Under the pieces are notes generated by a model. That model had not been told where the DNA came from. It searched no databases and was given only the letters and a program-made list of their open reading frames with translations. A stretch of DNA of 64,000 bases. It comes from an uncultured Gemmataceae bacterium. Lineage in GTDB: Bacteria; Planctomycetota; Planctomycetia; Gemmatales; Gemmataceae. The translations under genes and the position numbers were made by a program. How positions within the stretch are numbered: the stretch's first letter is position 1; every line of letters starts with the position of its first letter. The DNA lies in assembly GCA_963750165.1 (NCBI GenBank), contig CAVVPN010000011.1, forward strand, positions 1,504,001 to 1,568,000. Reading direction: 5' to 3'. Shown one piece after another: positions 53,308-62,685 of this stretch.

Positions 53308-53516
53308 GTCCGCGCCCTCATGCCTTTCGGGGCGGGCGCCGTCACGCCAGCGTGCCGACCGGCGCCTGAACACCGGACTTGTTCACCGCACAGCACGCGC
53401 TCCAGCCACTGCCGGACGGCAGGGCCGACGGCCTCAGCCTGTCTGGTGGCGCGTTCAAGCGGGGTGGGCGTTCCTATCCCGTTCATCGCATCCGCAGTTT
53501 CTGGCGGCGTCTTCAA
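53304..53516 (-). CDS. Small hypothetical protein
   Basis: Fills the operon gap with start/stop overlaps on both sides; contains WLERVL..GE. Confidence 0.4.
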   Translation of the reverse strand: MKTPPETADAMNGIGTPTPLERATRQAEAVGPAVRQWLERVLCGEQVRCSGAGRHAGVTAPAPKGMRART

Positions 53517-53716
53517 TTGCCACCCCCTTTGCGACGGCTGTCACGTTCCATCAGCGCGGACTGGATGCGCGGCAACAATTCCGCTGGAATCAGGCGGCGC
53601 CCGCCGACAATGGGGCACTCGGCGTCCGGGATGTCCCGGTGGTAGAACAGGTCCGAAATATCGCGGGGGCGGCGATCCAATTTCCTTGCCACCTCGCTGA
53701 CCGTGAAATGATTCAT
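53513..53716 (-). CDS. Small HTH-like DNA-binding protein
   Basis: FTVSEVARKL...ISDLFY...CPIVGGRRLIP; homologous to 60139-60372. Confidence 0.75.
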   Translation of the reverse strand: MNHFTVSEVARKLDRRPRDISDLFYHRDIPDAECPIVGGRRLIPAELLPRIQSALMERDSRRKGGGN

Positions 53717-53973
53717 GCGTGCCTCGTTCTGCGTCCCATGAGGATGACGCTCATCCTCATTCCGGACTGATGCTACACTCGTGGTGCGTCCGGGCGGCGT
53801 CGTCCGTTGTGCGTCTGGCGTGATCGGGGGCAACTTATCTGTACCGGAAGGCCGCTGGGCAGACACTCGGGTGGTTGTCTATTAGCGTGGCGGTGCTCAC
53901 GGCGTCAACCAGTTGCTTTCCCGGTAGCGGTTCACCCGTCGCGAGGGTGTTTGCACAACGGTCTGGCTCAGGC

Positions 53974-54306
53974 TCAGATGCCGATCTCTTCCAACTTCTC
54001 GGCGGCGCGCTCGCTGGCCCGCTGGCGTTTACCCGGCGTCCGCGGCAGGGCCCTGGCGGGGGCGGAATCCCCCAGCCAGCCGGATTGGCGTTCGGCGAAG
54101 CGCTGCAGGGCCTGCTCGCTGGTCAGCAGCCGGCCGCCCACCTTGACCGTTTCCAGTTTGACGACGCCTTGAGGTGTCTTGACGCCCTTGAGCGCCCAGC
54201 GCCAGACGGCGCTGAAAGTCAGTGGTTTGCCCGAACGGCCGGGGGGAAGGCGGGAAGGGACTTCGCCAAGGGGGATGATCGTCTCGGAAGCCAGGTCGAT
54301 TGGCAT
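53974..54306 (-). CDS. DUF1580 (excisionase-like HTH) protein
   Basis: IDLASETIIPL..V...LP...GK......VWRWALKG......VKLETVKVGGRLLTSEQALQRF. Confidence 0.85.
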   Translation of the reverse strand: MPIDLASETIIPLGEVPSRLPPGRSGKPLTFSAVWRWALKGVKTPQGVVKLETVKVGGRLLTSEQALQRFAERQSGWLGDSAPARALPRTPGKRQRASERAAEKLEEIGI

Positions 54307-54426
54307 TGCGGAAACCCTCGCATCCAGGTGCCAGCACTAGCAACTGAGTTTGAGGATAAACCACAAGCGCGTCCGGGAGATTTTCCGTGCAACGAGTGTG
54401 CAATGAGATGAAGAGCAGTGGGGGGC

Positions 54427-54449
54427 AACTGGCGGTAACTGGCGGTAAC
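54427..54449. promoter_or_regulatory. 10-bp tandem direct repeats upstream of the DUF1580 gene
   Basis: aactggcggt-aactggcggt-aac; one helical-turn period. Confidence 0.45.
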
Positions 54450-54465
54450 GGGGCTTAAAAAAATA

Positions 54466-55119
54466 TCAAACCCGCGTGATGACTTGCAGCGCCTTGCTAA
54501 TCAAAGTCAGGGGTGTGCGGGCGAATTTTCTGACCAGTATTCTGGCCCTTATCAGGTTCTGGACCGTCTGCACGAGAGGTTCGATCACCTGGCCGAGGAA
54601 CTCATCGAGCAGCGCGGCGGAGTGCGGCCCGTGCTGAGTTCGTTGCCAACTGTTCGTCATTGCCTGCTTCTTGCGCGTCAGGAGATTCCTGGCCGCTTCC
54701 TCGGTGCCCTGGAGTTCTTCGACCTCCCAAGCCGAAAAGCCGCCCCGGTTGTTGCCCGGGTCGAAGGCCAACGGGGCATTGGCGGCGGCTAACTTATCAA
54801 TCGCCTTCTCGATCTCCTGCCAGGCGGGCCACTCAGTAGCGAGTAGGGCCTCGTTCAGAAGCCGCAACACGACGTGCTGGCGGAACACCCGGAAATTGTT
54901 TTGCCTGCTCCCCCTGGCAATGCAGCGGTCCCGGCGGATCAACCGCGAAGCCTGGGAGGTGCTCTTTCCCCAGGCCAGGGCTACTTCCTCCAGGGTCAGC
55001 CACCAGACCGGGGCGGCGTAGCATTCCTGGAGCAGCTCGGTAAGCACCTGGTGTTTCTGATCGGGGTCGAGGGATCGGCAAACCTTCAGGGCCATCCGCA
55101 CGGTTGGACGTTGAGGCAT
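54466..55119 (-). CDS. Hypothetical protein with HTH-like segment
   Basis: GGAG RBS + ATG at 55119; LTLEEVALAWGKSTSQASRLIR. Confidence 0.6.
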   Translation of the reverse strand: MPQRPTVRMALKVCRSLDPDQKHQVLTELLQECYAAPVWWLTLEEVALAWGKSTSQASRLIRRDRCIARGSRQNNFRVFRQHVVLRLLNEALLATEWPAWQEIEKAIDKLAAANAPLAFDPGNNRGGFSAWEVEELQGTEEAARNLLTRKKQAMTNSWQRTQHGPHSAALLDEFLGQVIEPLVQTVQNLIRARILVRKFARTPLTLISKALQVITRV

Positions 55120-55231
55120 GTTCTGACTCCGCTGCGGGAAGTGCCTGCCCCCTTGCCGTGGGGAGTCAGCGCCACGGCGAAGGGGGCAAGCCAGCCGTTC
55201 CCAGCAACCATTCTCCCCGGCCAAATGAGAG

Positions 55232-55259
55232 GAGGCAAGCCCCACAGGGGGCTTGCCTC
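55232..55259. terminator. Stem-loop just downstream of the integrase
   Basis: gaggcaagcccc-acag-ggggcttgcctc, 12-bp perfect stem, 6 nt from the integrase stop; no strong U-tract. Confidence 0.5.
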
Positions 55260-55265
55260 GACGTA

Positions 55266-56588
55266 TCACCCAAGCCGGCCCATCACCTCGGCGGCCTTAC
55301 CGGCGTCCAGTTCGGCGTAAGTCTCGGTGATCGCCGGCGAGCGGTGGCCGAGCACTGCACGGGCCACGTCGATGCCGAATTCCCGGCGCAGTTCCGTGGC
55401 CCGGGTGTGCCGCAACTGGTGCGGGTGCCAGTGGTGTTCCTTGTGCCAGCGCCGCACTTCCGCGTGTTGCTCCGGGGTCAGACGGGTCTGCCATTCTTTG
55501 CGGCTCTCGTCTTCTCGATGCGCCAAGTCGCCTGGGGGTGAGAATGCTCGGCGGCAGGCGGTTGCGATGGCATGGGCGAAGCTACTGGTGTGGTAGCGCT
55601 CTCCCGGGGCTTTCCGGGGGTTCCGCTTCCGCTGCCTCGCCTTCTGGCTCGGCGTCATCGGGGTTTTCCGCTCCTGGCGGCGGCGGGAGTTGATTTCTTC
55701 CAACGCCCGCCGCGGCGAGAACAGGTACGCCTGCGTGTCCAGAGTCAGGAACGGCCGTAGCACTTCCTGCGCCTTGGGGCCGACGGCGATGACGCGCTGG
55801 TGTCCGTGGTGGGCCGTCTTGTGCAACTGCGGCCGGTAAAGCCAGACAGCGCCGCTCATGTCGAGGTCACAGGAGCGCAGGACACACACCTCGCCGGGCC
55901 GGGCGCCGGTCAGCAGCTGCACGCGCACCATCGCGGCGACGTGACGGTTGAGGTGCGGCAGGGTTTGCTCGACGAGGTCCACGCCCACGGGTTTGACCGG
56001 CTCGGTTTCCCGGGCCGCGGTCCTGCCGCGCTGCAGTCCGCGCACCGCTTGCAGCCCGTGGAAGACGGCAGGCGCCACCAGTTCGTTTTCGACCGCCCAC
56101 TTGAACACCCGCCGGATGCGGCCGATGCGCTGGTTGACCACCCCCCGGGCCAGGCTTCCTTCGGGTCCGTACTTGGGGTGCTCGTATCCGTCCACCATGA
56201 GTTGTCGGATCGCCTTCAGCCCGAGGGGGCCGAAGTCGCGGGCCAGGGTATGGCCGTGGAGGTGCTTGAGCGGGCGCAGGGCGCGGCGGTATTCCTTCAA
56301 CTCGCTGGTGGTTGTGCCGTCGGGCCGGCGGTAGTGCTGCTCGGCGTGCTTCCAGAAAGCCGCCGCCAGTTCGTTCACCGTCAGGTCCGCGCTAGCCGCA
56401 GCTTTCTCAAAGATGCGGCGGCTGTTGGCCTCCCACTCCGCCAGAACGCGGACGTATTGGGCGCGGCTCTCCTTGGTGCCGTGCTTGCCCAGCAGAACGT
56501 CGCGCCGGCCGCGCATCGGGTCGGTCAGGGTGACGACGGCCTGGCCGCTTTGTTTGTGGAGTCGGTACGAAGGGATGCGGTTGGACAT
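55266..56588 (-). CDS. Tyrosine recombinase/integrase
   Basis: PSYRLHKQSGQAVV N-terminal arm-binding-like domain; LLTGARPGEV, HKT, HQLRH, LGH and T..Y catalytic pattern. Confidence 0.95.
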   Translation of the reverse strand: MSNRIPSYRLHKQSGQAVVTLTDPMRGRRDVLLGKHGTKESRAQYVRVLAEWEANSRRIFEKAAASADLTVNELAAAFWKHAEQHYRRPDGTTTSELKEYRRALRPLKHLHGHTLARDFGPLGLKAIRQLMVDGYEHPKYGPEGSLARGVVNQRIGRIRRVFKWAVENELVAPAVFHGLQAVRGLQRGRTAARETEPVKPVGVDLVEQTLPHLNRHVAAMVRVQLLTGARPGEVCVLRSCDLDMSGAVWLYRPQLHKTAHHGHQRVIAVGPKAQEVLRPFLTLDTQAYLFSPRRALEEINSRRRQERKTPMTPSQKARQRKRNPRKAPGERYHTSSFAHAIATACRRAFSPPGDLAHREDESRKEWQTRLTPEQHAEVRRWHKEHHWHPHQLRHTRATELRREFGIDVARAVLGHRSPAITETYAELDAGKAAEVMGRLG

Positions 56589-56698
56589 GCGGTGAAACCC
56601 TTTCTGCGGAAGTCTTCCGCAAATCCAAGGGTCGCGTGCCGCACTGTCCGACGCGGACAGGTATGCTTAACTTACATTCGGCAAAGGACTTGTTTCAG

Positions 56699-56742
56699 TG
56701 CCCCCTGTAGGACTCGAACCTACAACCCGCTGATTAAGAGTC
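56699..56742 (-). tRNA. 3' fragment of tRNA-Lys(CTT), likely att core (not a full tRNA)
   Basis: Minus strand GA-CTCTTAA-TCAGC-GGGTT-GTAGG-TTCGAGT-CCTAC-AGGGGGC-A: anticodon loop, T-arm and acceptor 3' strand are present; the D-arm is absent. Confidence 0.85.
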
Positions 56743-56788
56743 TTGGGAGGGGGCTATTACGGGCTACGCCGCACGGCGAGCAGGCGCT

Positions 56789-56816
56789 GAAAACCCAGGT
56801 AATTACCTGGGTTTTC
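56789..56816. repeat. Perfect 28-bp palindrome beside the att site
   Basis: gaaaacccaggtaa|ttacctgggttttc. Confidence 0.85.
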
Positions 56817-57122
56817 GCGTTTCCGGATCGGGCCGGGTAGCGTGGCATCGTCCTGGGTAATGAGGGACTGATGAGGGACGGGATCAATAATCCTTGGCGA
56901 TCTCACCCAGGCGCTGCAGTCGCTCCTTGATGTACGCATCTAGTTTGAGGTGCCCTTGCGGGGCGCCGGGGTTATTCATCACGGCCTCTACGTCGTCTTA
57001 GGGGGTGTGTAACCGTCCAAAACCCCAGCCTTCCCAGGGGACACGTGTTCGGATGTGTAGCGGGCCTTGCCTGAAAATACGTCCACCAAGCCGTGTTCTG
57101 TTTCTTTTCGGGCGATTTCGTT

Positions 57123-57734
57123 TCATTTGCCATCGCGACTTTGTTGCACGGGCACCTTGGCCGGGAACTCGAACACGAGTTGAAGAAGCATCTCGATGAA
57201 GGTCAGAAGGCTTTCAGCGTCCGCCCGGGTCATGAGTAGAATTTCATGGTTGGCTTCGTTGCCTTTGTTCCGGATGTGGTCAACCCACGCTCGGCCGGTC
57301 GGCGGGACAAAGCCGGCGGTTTGCAGATGATTGACGTAGGCGATGAAATTGCTGCCCTCTGCCGCCCCTTGGCTGACGGCGATGTGCATGAGCAGCTTTC
57401 GGCAAGCCAGAACTGACGCCGTGAAGGCGTTGACCCCCATGCAGTTGCGGGCCTCCGCGTACAGACTGCTCACTTCGGTGGGAAGGCCGCCGATTTCTCG
57501 ACCATATTTCGGGCCGGGCACCTGTGCCTTCGTGGCTTCATTGAGGTAGGTAGGCTTCTCACAAGACGGACAGATCACGATGACTTCGTTGACCAAGTCC
57601 AGGTCCATGCGCGCCTCGCTTTCCGGCGGCAGCTTCGGCCAGCCCATGTTGACACCGACTCGATCGCCGCAGTGGCCGCAGGCGAAGCTCCGTTGGCGAA
57701 TCAGGTGAATGTTGAACCACTGGATGACAGCCAT
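57123..57734 (-). CDS. DUF4145 (HEPN-like) protein with N-terminal Zn ribbon
   Basis: CGHC...CPSC; LYAEAR.C....AFTAS...CRKLL; IRNKGNEANHE (RxxxNxxxH). Confidence 0.85.
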   Translation of the reverse strand: MAVIQWFNIHLIRQRSFACGHCGDRVGVNMGWPKLPPESEARMDLDLVNEVIVICPSCEKPTYLNEATKAQVPGPKYGREIGGLPTEVSSLYAEARNCMGVNAFTASVLACRKLLMHIAVSQGAAEGSNFIAYVNHLQTAGFVPPTGRAWVDHIRNKGNEANHEILLMTRADAESLLTFIEMLLQLVFEFPAKVPVQQSRDGK

Positions 57735-57995
57735 TTTCGTTTCGCCGATCTTGTTTCGTGGAAAACCATCAACAGCCATTATACTCGACCCCGGCTGCGC
57801 GCCAGCCTCGTCACCCCGGCCGCCGGAACGCCAGCACGTCGCACGGCCCTTCCGCCGGCATCTTCGGCCGGTTGACCTTGACCCCATAAACAAAGAATGC
57901 GAAAGGGATAGGCAGAGGCTGGGTACTTTCCGCTTCGTTGGCGACTTGGGCGTATGAACTGAACCGAGCCGTTCCACCCTCAAGGACGAGAACGC

Positions 57996-58553
57996 ATGGC
58001 TACACGCCGCCCCCGACGCCCAACCTCAAACCGCCTGCGCGCCACCGCCTCGCTACTGCCGCCGGCGCCAGACGGGTACGTCACCCAGGAACAGCACGAC
58101 CACGTGGTCGGGCAATTGGTCCGGCGGCTTGAACAGTTGGTGCAGCGGATGGCGGCATTGGAGGCGGCGCCGGCGCTGCCGCAAGCATCACCGCCCGAGG
58201 TTGCCCCAGGGCATGACGCGCCGCCGCCCGACTGGAGCACTGTGCCGGAGTGGGCCAGCGCCGACTTTCGGACGGTGCGCTGGTACGGGAAATGGCACAA
58301 CTTTTCGCCAACCCAGGCGGCGGTCGTAAAAAAACTCTGGGAGGCCAGGAAGGACGGCTCGAATTACGTGAAGGATGAGGACCTCATCTCTGCTGCCGAC
58401 TCACACGCGGCACGGCTCCGCGACATATTCAGGCCCAACAACGGCTACCACCCCGCCTGGAAGACGATGATAGTCCGGGACAGGACACCCAAGGGGTACT
58501 ACCGACTCCAGGGGCCGCCCCTCACGCAGCCCGTTAGCCAGCCGTCGAGCTAA
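57996..58553 (+). CDS. Putative winged-helix DNA-binding protein
   Basis: ADFRTVRWYG....FSPTQAAVVKKLWEA...RLRDIF...HPAW..MI......GYYRL. Confidence 0.7.
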   Translation: MATRRPRRPTSNRLRATASLLPPAPDGYVTQEQHDHVVGQLVRRLEQLVQRMAALEAAPALPQASPPEVAPGHDAPPPDWSTVPEWASADFRTVRWYGKWHNFSPTQAAVVKKLWEARKDGSNYVKDEDLISAADSHAARLRDIFRPNNGYHPAWKTMIVRDRTPKGYYRLQGPPLTQPVSQPSS

Positions 58554-58838
58554 CGAATCCAGTCCACCGAAAACACCCCCGTCGGCAACTCATCGAGCGC
58601 AACCGCTGTTCCGATAGAGATGGGTAGACTCCGCTGACGTACTACCACACTGGTTCGGCGGCCCGAGCATTTGCGAGGTCCGGGCCGAGAGCCAGCGTGG
58701 CAGCCGTCAGCGGCAACCAAACCAACTCAGGACGGTGTTGCGCCCCGAGTCGGGTGTGGGCACATACCCACGCGCCCCCTGTCTCGGCAAGACCAGTACG
58801 CGCGCCGCCTGGGAAAGCAACGTCCACCGGAGCGCGCC

Positions 58839-59165
58839 ATGGACAGCCCGAACGCCGTCGCCTTGACCATCCCGCCAGAGGCTCTCACCCCCGTCATCGA
58901 GCAGACCGTCGCCGCCGTGCTGGCCCAACTCCGCGATGACGGCGAACTGCTGCCGGCTGGCCCGCTCGCCTGGCCCGAGGCGCAGGCGGCCGCGATGCTG
59001 TCCCTGGCGCCGCACCAATTGAGAGACCTGCGCCTGCGCGAGGAGATCATGGCCTCCTGCGGCCCCGGCCGAAAAATCCTCTACTCCAGAAGCGACTTGC
59101 TCAACTTCCTGGCGGCGCGGCGCTGGTCCCCGAGCGAAGAGCGCCGCGCGAAGAACAGGAAGTGA
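58839..59165 (+). CDS. Excisionase-like HTH protein
   Basis: GGAG RBS; LAWPEAQAAAMLSL..HQLRDLR....I......GRKILYSRSDLLNFL. Confidence 0.75.
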   Translation: MDSPNAVALTIPPEALTPVIEQTVAAVLAQLRDDGELLPAGPLAWPEAQAAAMLSLAPHQLRDLRLREEIMASCGPGRKILYSRSDLLNFLAARRWSPSEERRAKNRK

Positions 59166-59266
59166 TCCACAATCACCAACCCAGGGCCGGCCGCCCCGCG
59201 CTCGCTGTGCGCGCCAACTTGGGTGCCAACCCCGTTCGCCCGAACTTGTGAAGAAGGAGAAAGCTA

Positions 59267-59725
59267 ATGAAGAGGTTCGACCACAACATGGTGTCCGACG
59301 ACGTGGTGGTCCGCCTGCGGCACTCCCAAAGCCGCATGCGACCAAGCCCGCCGGAGAACCCCAGGCACGCCGGTCGCTTTTGGGCCTGCGAAACGGCGAC
59401 GGCCAAGCAGTTAACGGCGCTGAAGAGCTACTCCCTCGCTGTCGCCAATGGTCACATCCCGCTGTTCGACGGGGAGATGACGCTCGGGGCCGTGTTCGCG
59501 GAACTGATCGGCGTGCCGAAGTTACAGGACGAGCCTGAAGGGTACGAGGTCTCCAGGTTCTGGACGCAGGTTGTTCACCACTGGCTGGAAAACGAGGACA
59601 AGGCGGCGGCGGTGCGGGCGTTCCTGATCGGCGCGCTCGAAATCTGGAAGGCGGCTGAAGAGCGCATCCTGTGCGAGGACTGGAACCAGTTGGAGTCGGC
59701 CTTCTGCGACAGCGAGGCGGCCTGA
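59267..59725 (+). CDS. Hypothetical protein
   Basis: AAGGAG RBS; 152-aa ORF with GRFWA...A...QL motif. Confidence 0.7.
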   Translation: MKRFDHNMVSDDVVVRLRHSQSRMRPSPPENPRHAGRFWACETATAKQLTALKSYSLAVANGHIPLFDGEMTLGAVFAELIGVPKLQDEPEGYEVSRFWTQVVHHWLENEDKAAAVRAFLIGALEIWKAAEERILCEDWNQLESAFCDSEAA

Positions 59726-60138
59726 CCCATCGACTCGGGAACGCGCCGGTGGCCCGATGCAGTATCAAATTGGGTCGCCCGCCAGAAGCACGCCGTCGCA
59801 CGCCCTCGGGGGCGTGTCTCTGGTCGCCCCCGCCGTACAAGGCAGTTGCCGCCACAACTTACCAATCACTACGACGCGCCGGCGTGGAGTCTCCGCTCAC
59901 GGATCGCCCTGCCGCCACCTTGTGTCGTCGCCGCGCACCGCCTGGAATCGTCTTCCGGTCGATCGTTGAAAATCCGCGCTGCGAGGTCCGGTAGTGCGGG
60001 CGAAACAACGACCCGGGGGCGGTCCGCGGCGTGCCGAAGGCGGTGGCGGCGGGCTGCATCTGCGACTGCTGTTGTGCTGGAGTTGTAGGCCGTACCGTGG
60101 TCGTCGTCGTTGAAGTCCACGAGGCAGAGGTGTTTGCC

Positions 60139-60372
60139 ATGACACAGACGCACCGCACAGTCGGGGAATTGGCCAGGGAGTGGAACTGCCCGCCGCGCGA
60201 ATTGACCGGCTTGCTCTATGACCGATCCGACCTGGGAAGTGAATGCCCGGTGGTTGCCGGCCGGCGGATGATCCCCGTCGGCCTGGTGCCGCGAATTCTG
60301 CAGGCGCTGGGCGAGCGTGTCGCCCGGCGCAGAGGCCGCAAGCCTACGCGACGGACGGGGACCGCCAGCTGA
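60139..60372 (+). CDS. Small HTH-like protein
   Basis: GAGG RBS; TVGELARE...LTGLLY...CPVVAGRRMIP, homologous to 53513-53716. Confidence 0.75.
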   Translation: MTQTHRTVGELAREWNCPPRELTGLLYDRSDLGSECPVVAGRRMIPVGLVPRILQALGERVARRRGRKPTRRTGTAS

Positions 60373-60438
60373 AAAGGAACGGGGCTTGGTCTCTGGCAAG
60401 ACCAGCCCCTGAAGCACAACATTCCGGACAATTCAACT

Positions 60439-60735
60439 ATGAAAATACCCCTTGCGGCGCCTTACTCCAAGCCCACCCACCCCTCGGCCGCTACCTTGGC
60501 TACCCTCATGCGCCTGCGCAATCCTTACGTCCACAAAGTACGACATCCGGGCGACCCCCAGGCCCTGGGCCCTCGGGTGCTGGTAGTGCCGGCCATTGCC
60601 GGCGAACTGCACGACCTGCCAGCTGCCGAACTCTGGCCGGTCCTGGCGCTATCGGTGCGCTGGGTGATTGGCGCGCCCGTCGGCAGCGACGCGGCGGTCT
60701 CGTGCGGTCTGGAGCAGGAGGGCGCATGCGGATGA
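60439..60735 (+). CDS. Hypothetical protein
   Basis: Its stop overlaps the primase start (ATGA). Confidence 0.45.
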   Translation: MKIPLAAPYSKPTHPSAATLATLMRLRNPYVHKVRHPGDPQALGPRVLVVPAIAGELHDLPAAELWPVLALSVRWVIGAPVGSDAAVSCGLEQEGACG

Positions 60736-62480
60736 CAACCCACAACGGTAAACCCCGCGAGGTGGCGGCCTACGACTACCACGACGAGGGCGGCGAATTG
60801 CTGTTTCAGTCCGTCCGCTTTGAACCCGGCGACGACGGCGCCAGGAAGAAGTTCCGCCAGCGACAACCCGACGGACGCGGCGGCTGGGAGTGGAACCTCA
60901 AAGGGGTTCGGTTAGTCCCGTACCGCCTACCTGACCTGTACGCGGCCTCGGTTGATCGGCCCGTGTACGTCGTGGAAGGGGAAAAGGACGTTGAGAGCCT
61001 GCACGCCATTGGGATGCTGGCCACAACGAACCCGATGGGGGCGGGCAAGTGGAAGTCGGAGTACAACGACTACTTCGCCGGCCGGCACATCATCGTGTTT
61101 CCGGACAACGACGACCCGGGGCGCAAGCACGCCCAGGCCATCGCCAGGTCACTCGCCGGCGTGGCGGCGTCGGTCAAGGTGGTGGAACTGCCCGGCTTGT
61201 CCCTCAAGCAAGACATTACCGACTGGCTGCAAGCCGGCGGCACGAAGGAAGCGCTTTTGAAACTGGTGCTGGCCGCAGCCGCCTGGACCGGGGACGGTTC
61301 GGACGCTCGGCCGCCCGCCGGATCTGCGGGCAAGCGCGGGGCCAAGAAAGGACCGACCCAGGCTGAACAGCTGCTCGCGCTGGCGCGGGGTCCGGATTAC
61401 TTCCACACGGCGGACGGGCGCGGGTATGCCGTCCTCCAGGTGGAGGAGCAGCACCAGCAAGCCCACCAGGAGACGCACCCGATCCGTAGCAGCCAGTTCC
61501 GCAACTGGCTGGCGCGCCGCCTGTACCTAAAAACCGGGAAGGCCGCCTCCGCCGGCGTGCTGCAGGACGTGCTGGGCGTGCTGGAAGCCCAGGCCCGGTT
61601 CGAGGGGGGCGAGCGCGAAGTCTTTTGCCGGGTCGGCCAGGTCGGCAAGCGCGTCTACATCGACCTCGGCGACCCGAACTGGCGGGTGGCCGAGGTGGAC
61701 GCGGCTGGCTGGCGCGTACTGCCCATCTCGCCGGTTCGGTTCCGCCGTCCGCGGGGCCAGCTGGCACTGCCCATGCCGCAGCCGGGCGGCACCCTGGACG
61801 AGTTACGCCCCTTCGTCAACCACAACCGGGACAAGGAGGACTGGAAGCTCGTCGTGGCGTGGCTGGTCCAGGCCCTCTGCCCGTTCGGACCCTACCCGGT
61901 GTTGTGCCTGCACGGCGAGCAGGGCAGCGCCAAGAGCACCGCCTCGAAAATCCTCCGGTCGGTGACCGACCCGAGCGTGGCGCCGCTGCGCACCGCGCCG
62001 CGCGACGAGCGCGACCTCATCATCACGGCGAGCAACTCCTGGTTGGTCACGCTGGACAACCTGAGTTCTCTCGATGGCTGGCTGTCCGACGCCCTGTGCC
62101 GGCTGGCGACGGGGGGCGGCTTCTCGACCCGGCAGCTGTTCAGCGACGACGAGGAGATGATCTTCAACGCCCAGCGGCCCTGCCTGCTCAACGGCATCGA
62201 GGAACTTTCGTCCCGGCCCGACCTGCTGGACCGCGCCATTGTTCTGAACCTGCCTTCGCTCGACGAGCGCGAGCGGAAGGTGGAGCGGGAACTGTGGGAG
62301 CAGTTCGAGGCGATCCGCCCGCGCGGCTTCGGCGCCCTGCTGTCCGCCCTGTCCGGCGCGCTGCGGCACCGCGGCGGGGTGAACCTCAAGGAGTTGCCGC
62401 GGATGGCAGACTTCGCCGTGCTGGCGACCGCCGCCGGGAGGGGACTGAGATGGGAGGACGATGCCTTCATGGCGGCAGTC
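60732..62480 (+). pseudogene. Toprim primase + SF3-like helicase, C-terminally truncated
   Basis: YDY.DE.G.LLF, KKFRQ, VVEGEKD, GAGKW, PDNDDPG, DITDW; Walker A HGEQGSAKST, LDNLS, LLNGI, PRMADFA. Sense sequence stops abruptly after DAFMAA. Confidence 0.8.
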
Positions 62481-62685
62481 CGACGCCGACGCGCTCGACC
62501 AGGCCGCGGCCATGATGGACCGCTTCAATCGCCTGTTCTTGCGCACGCTGCGGTCGCTGTGCGACCTGCGCCGCCGCGGCGGACCCGTCATCGTCCAGCA
62601 CGGGGGACAGTTGAACGTGGCGCAGCAGCAGGTGAATTTGAACGCTCAGCCGGCGAGCGCTACACCCCCTTCCAACGAACACTAA
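62480..62685 (+). pseudogene. C-terminal remnant of another element gene
   Basis: DQAAAMMDRFNRLFLRTLRSL.DLRR...PVIVQ..GQLNVAQQQVN in a different frame, with no own RBS. Confidence 0.5.

Larger units (their letters stand above)
27600..56742 (-). mobile_element. Integrated satellite-like genomic island at tRNA-Lys carrying DISARM (left boundary approximate)
   Basis: A tRNA-Lys 3' fragment abuts a tyrosine integrase, followed by co-oriented HTH/DUF1580, replication genes and defence cargo. Nearly all genes are on the minus strand until infC. No clear left att copy was found. Confidence 0.7.

Noticed and set aside
56699..56770. Functional full-length tRNA-Lys
   Set aside because: No D-arm, and the anticodon stem has only 2 pairs.
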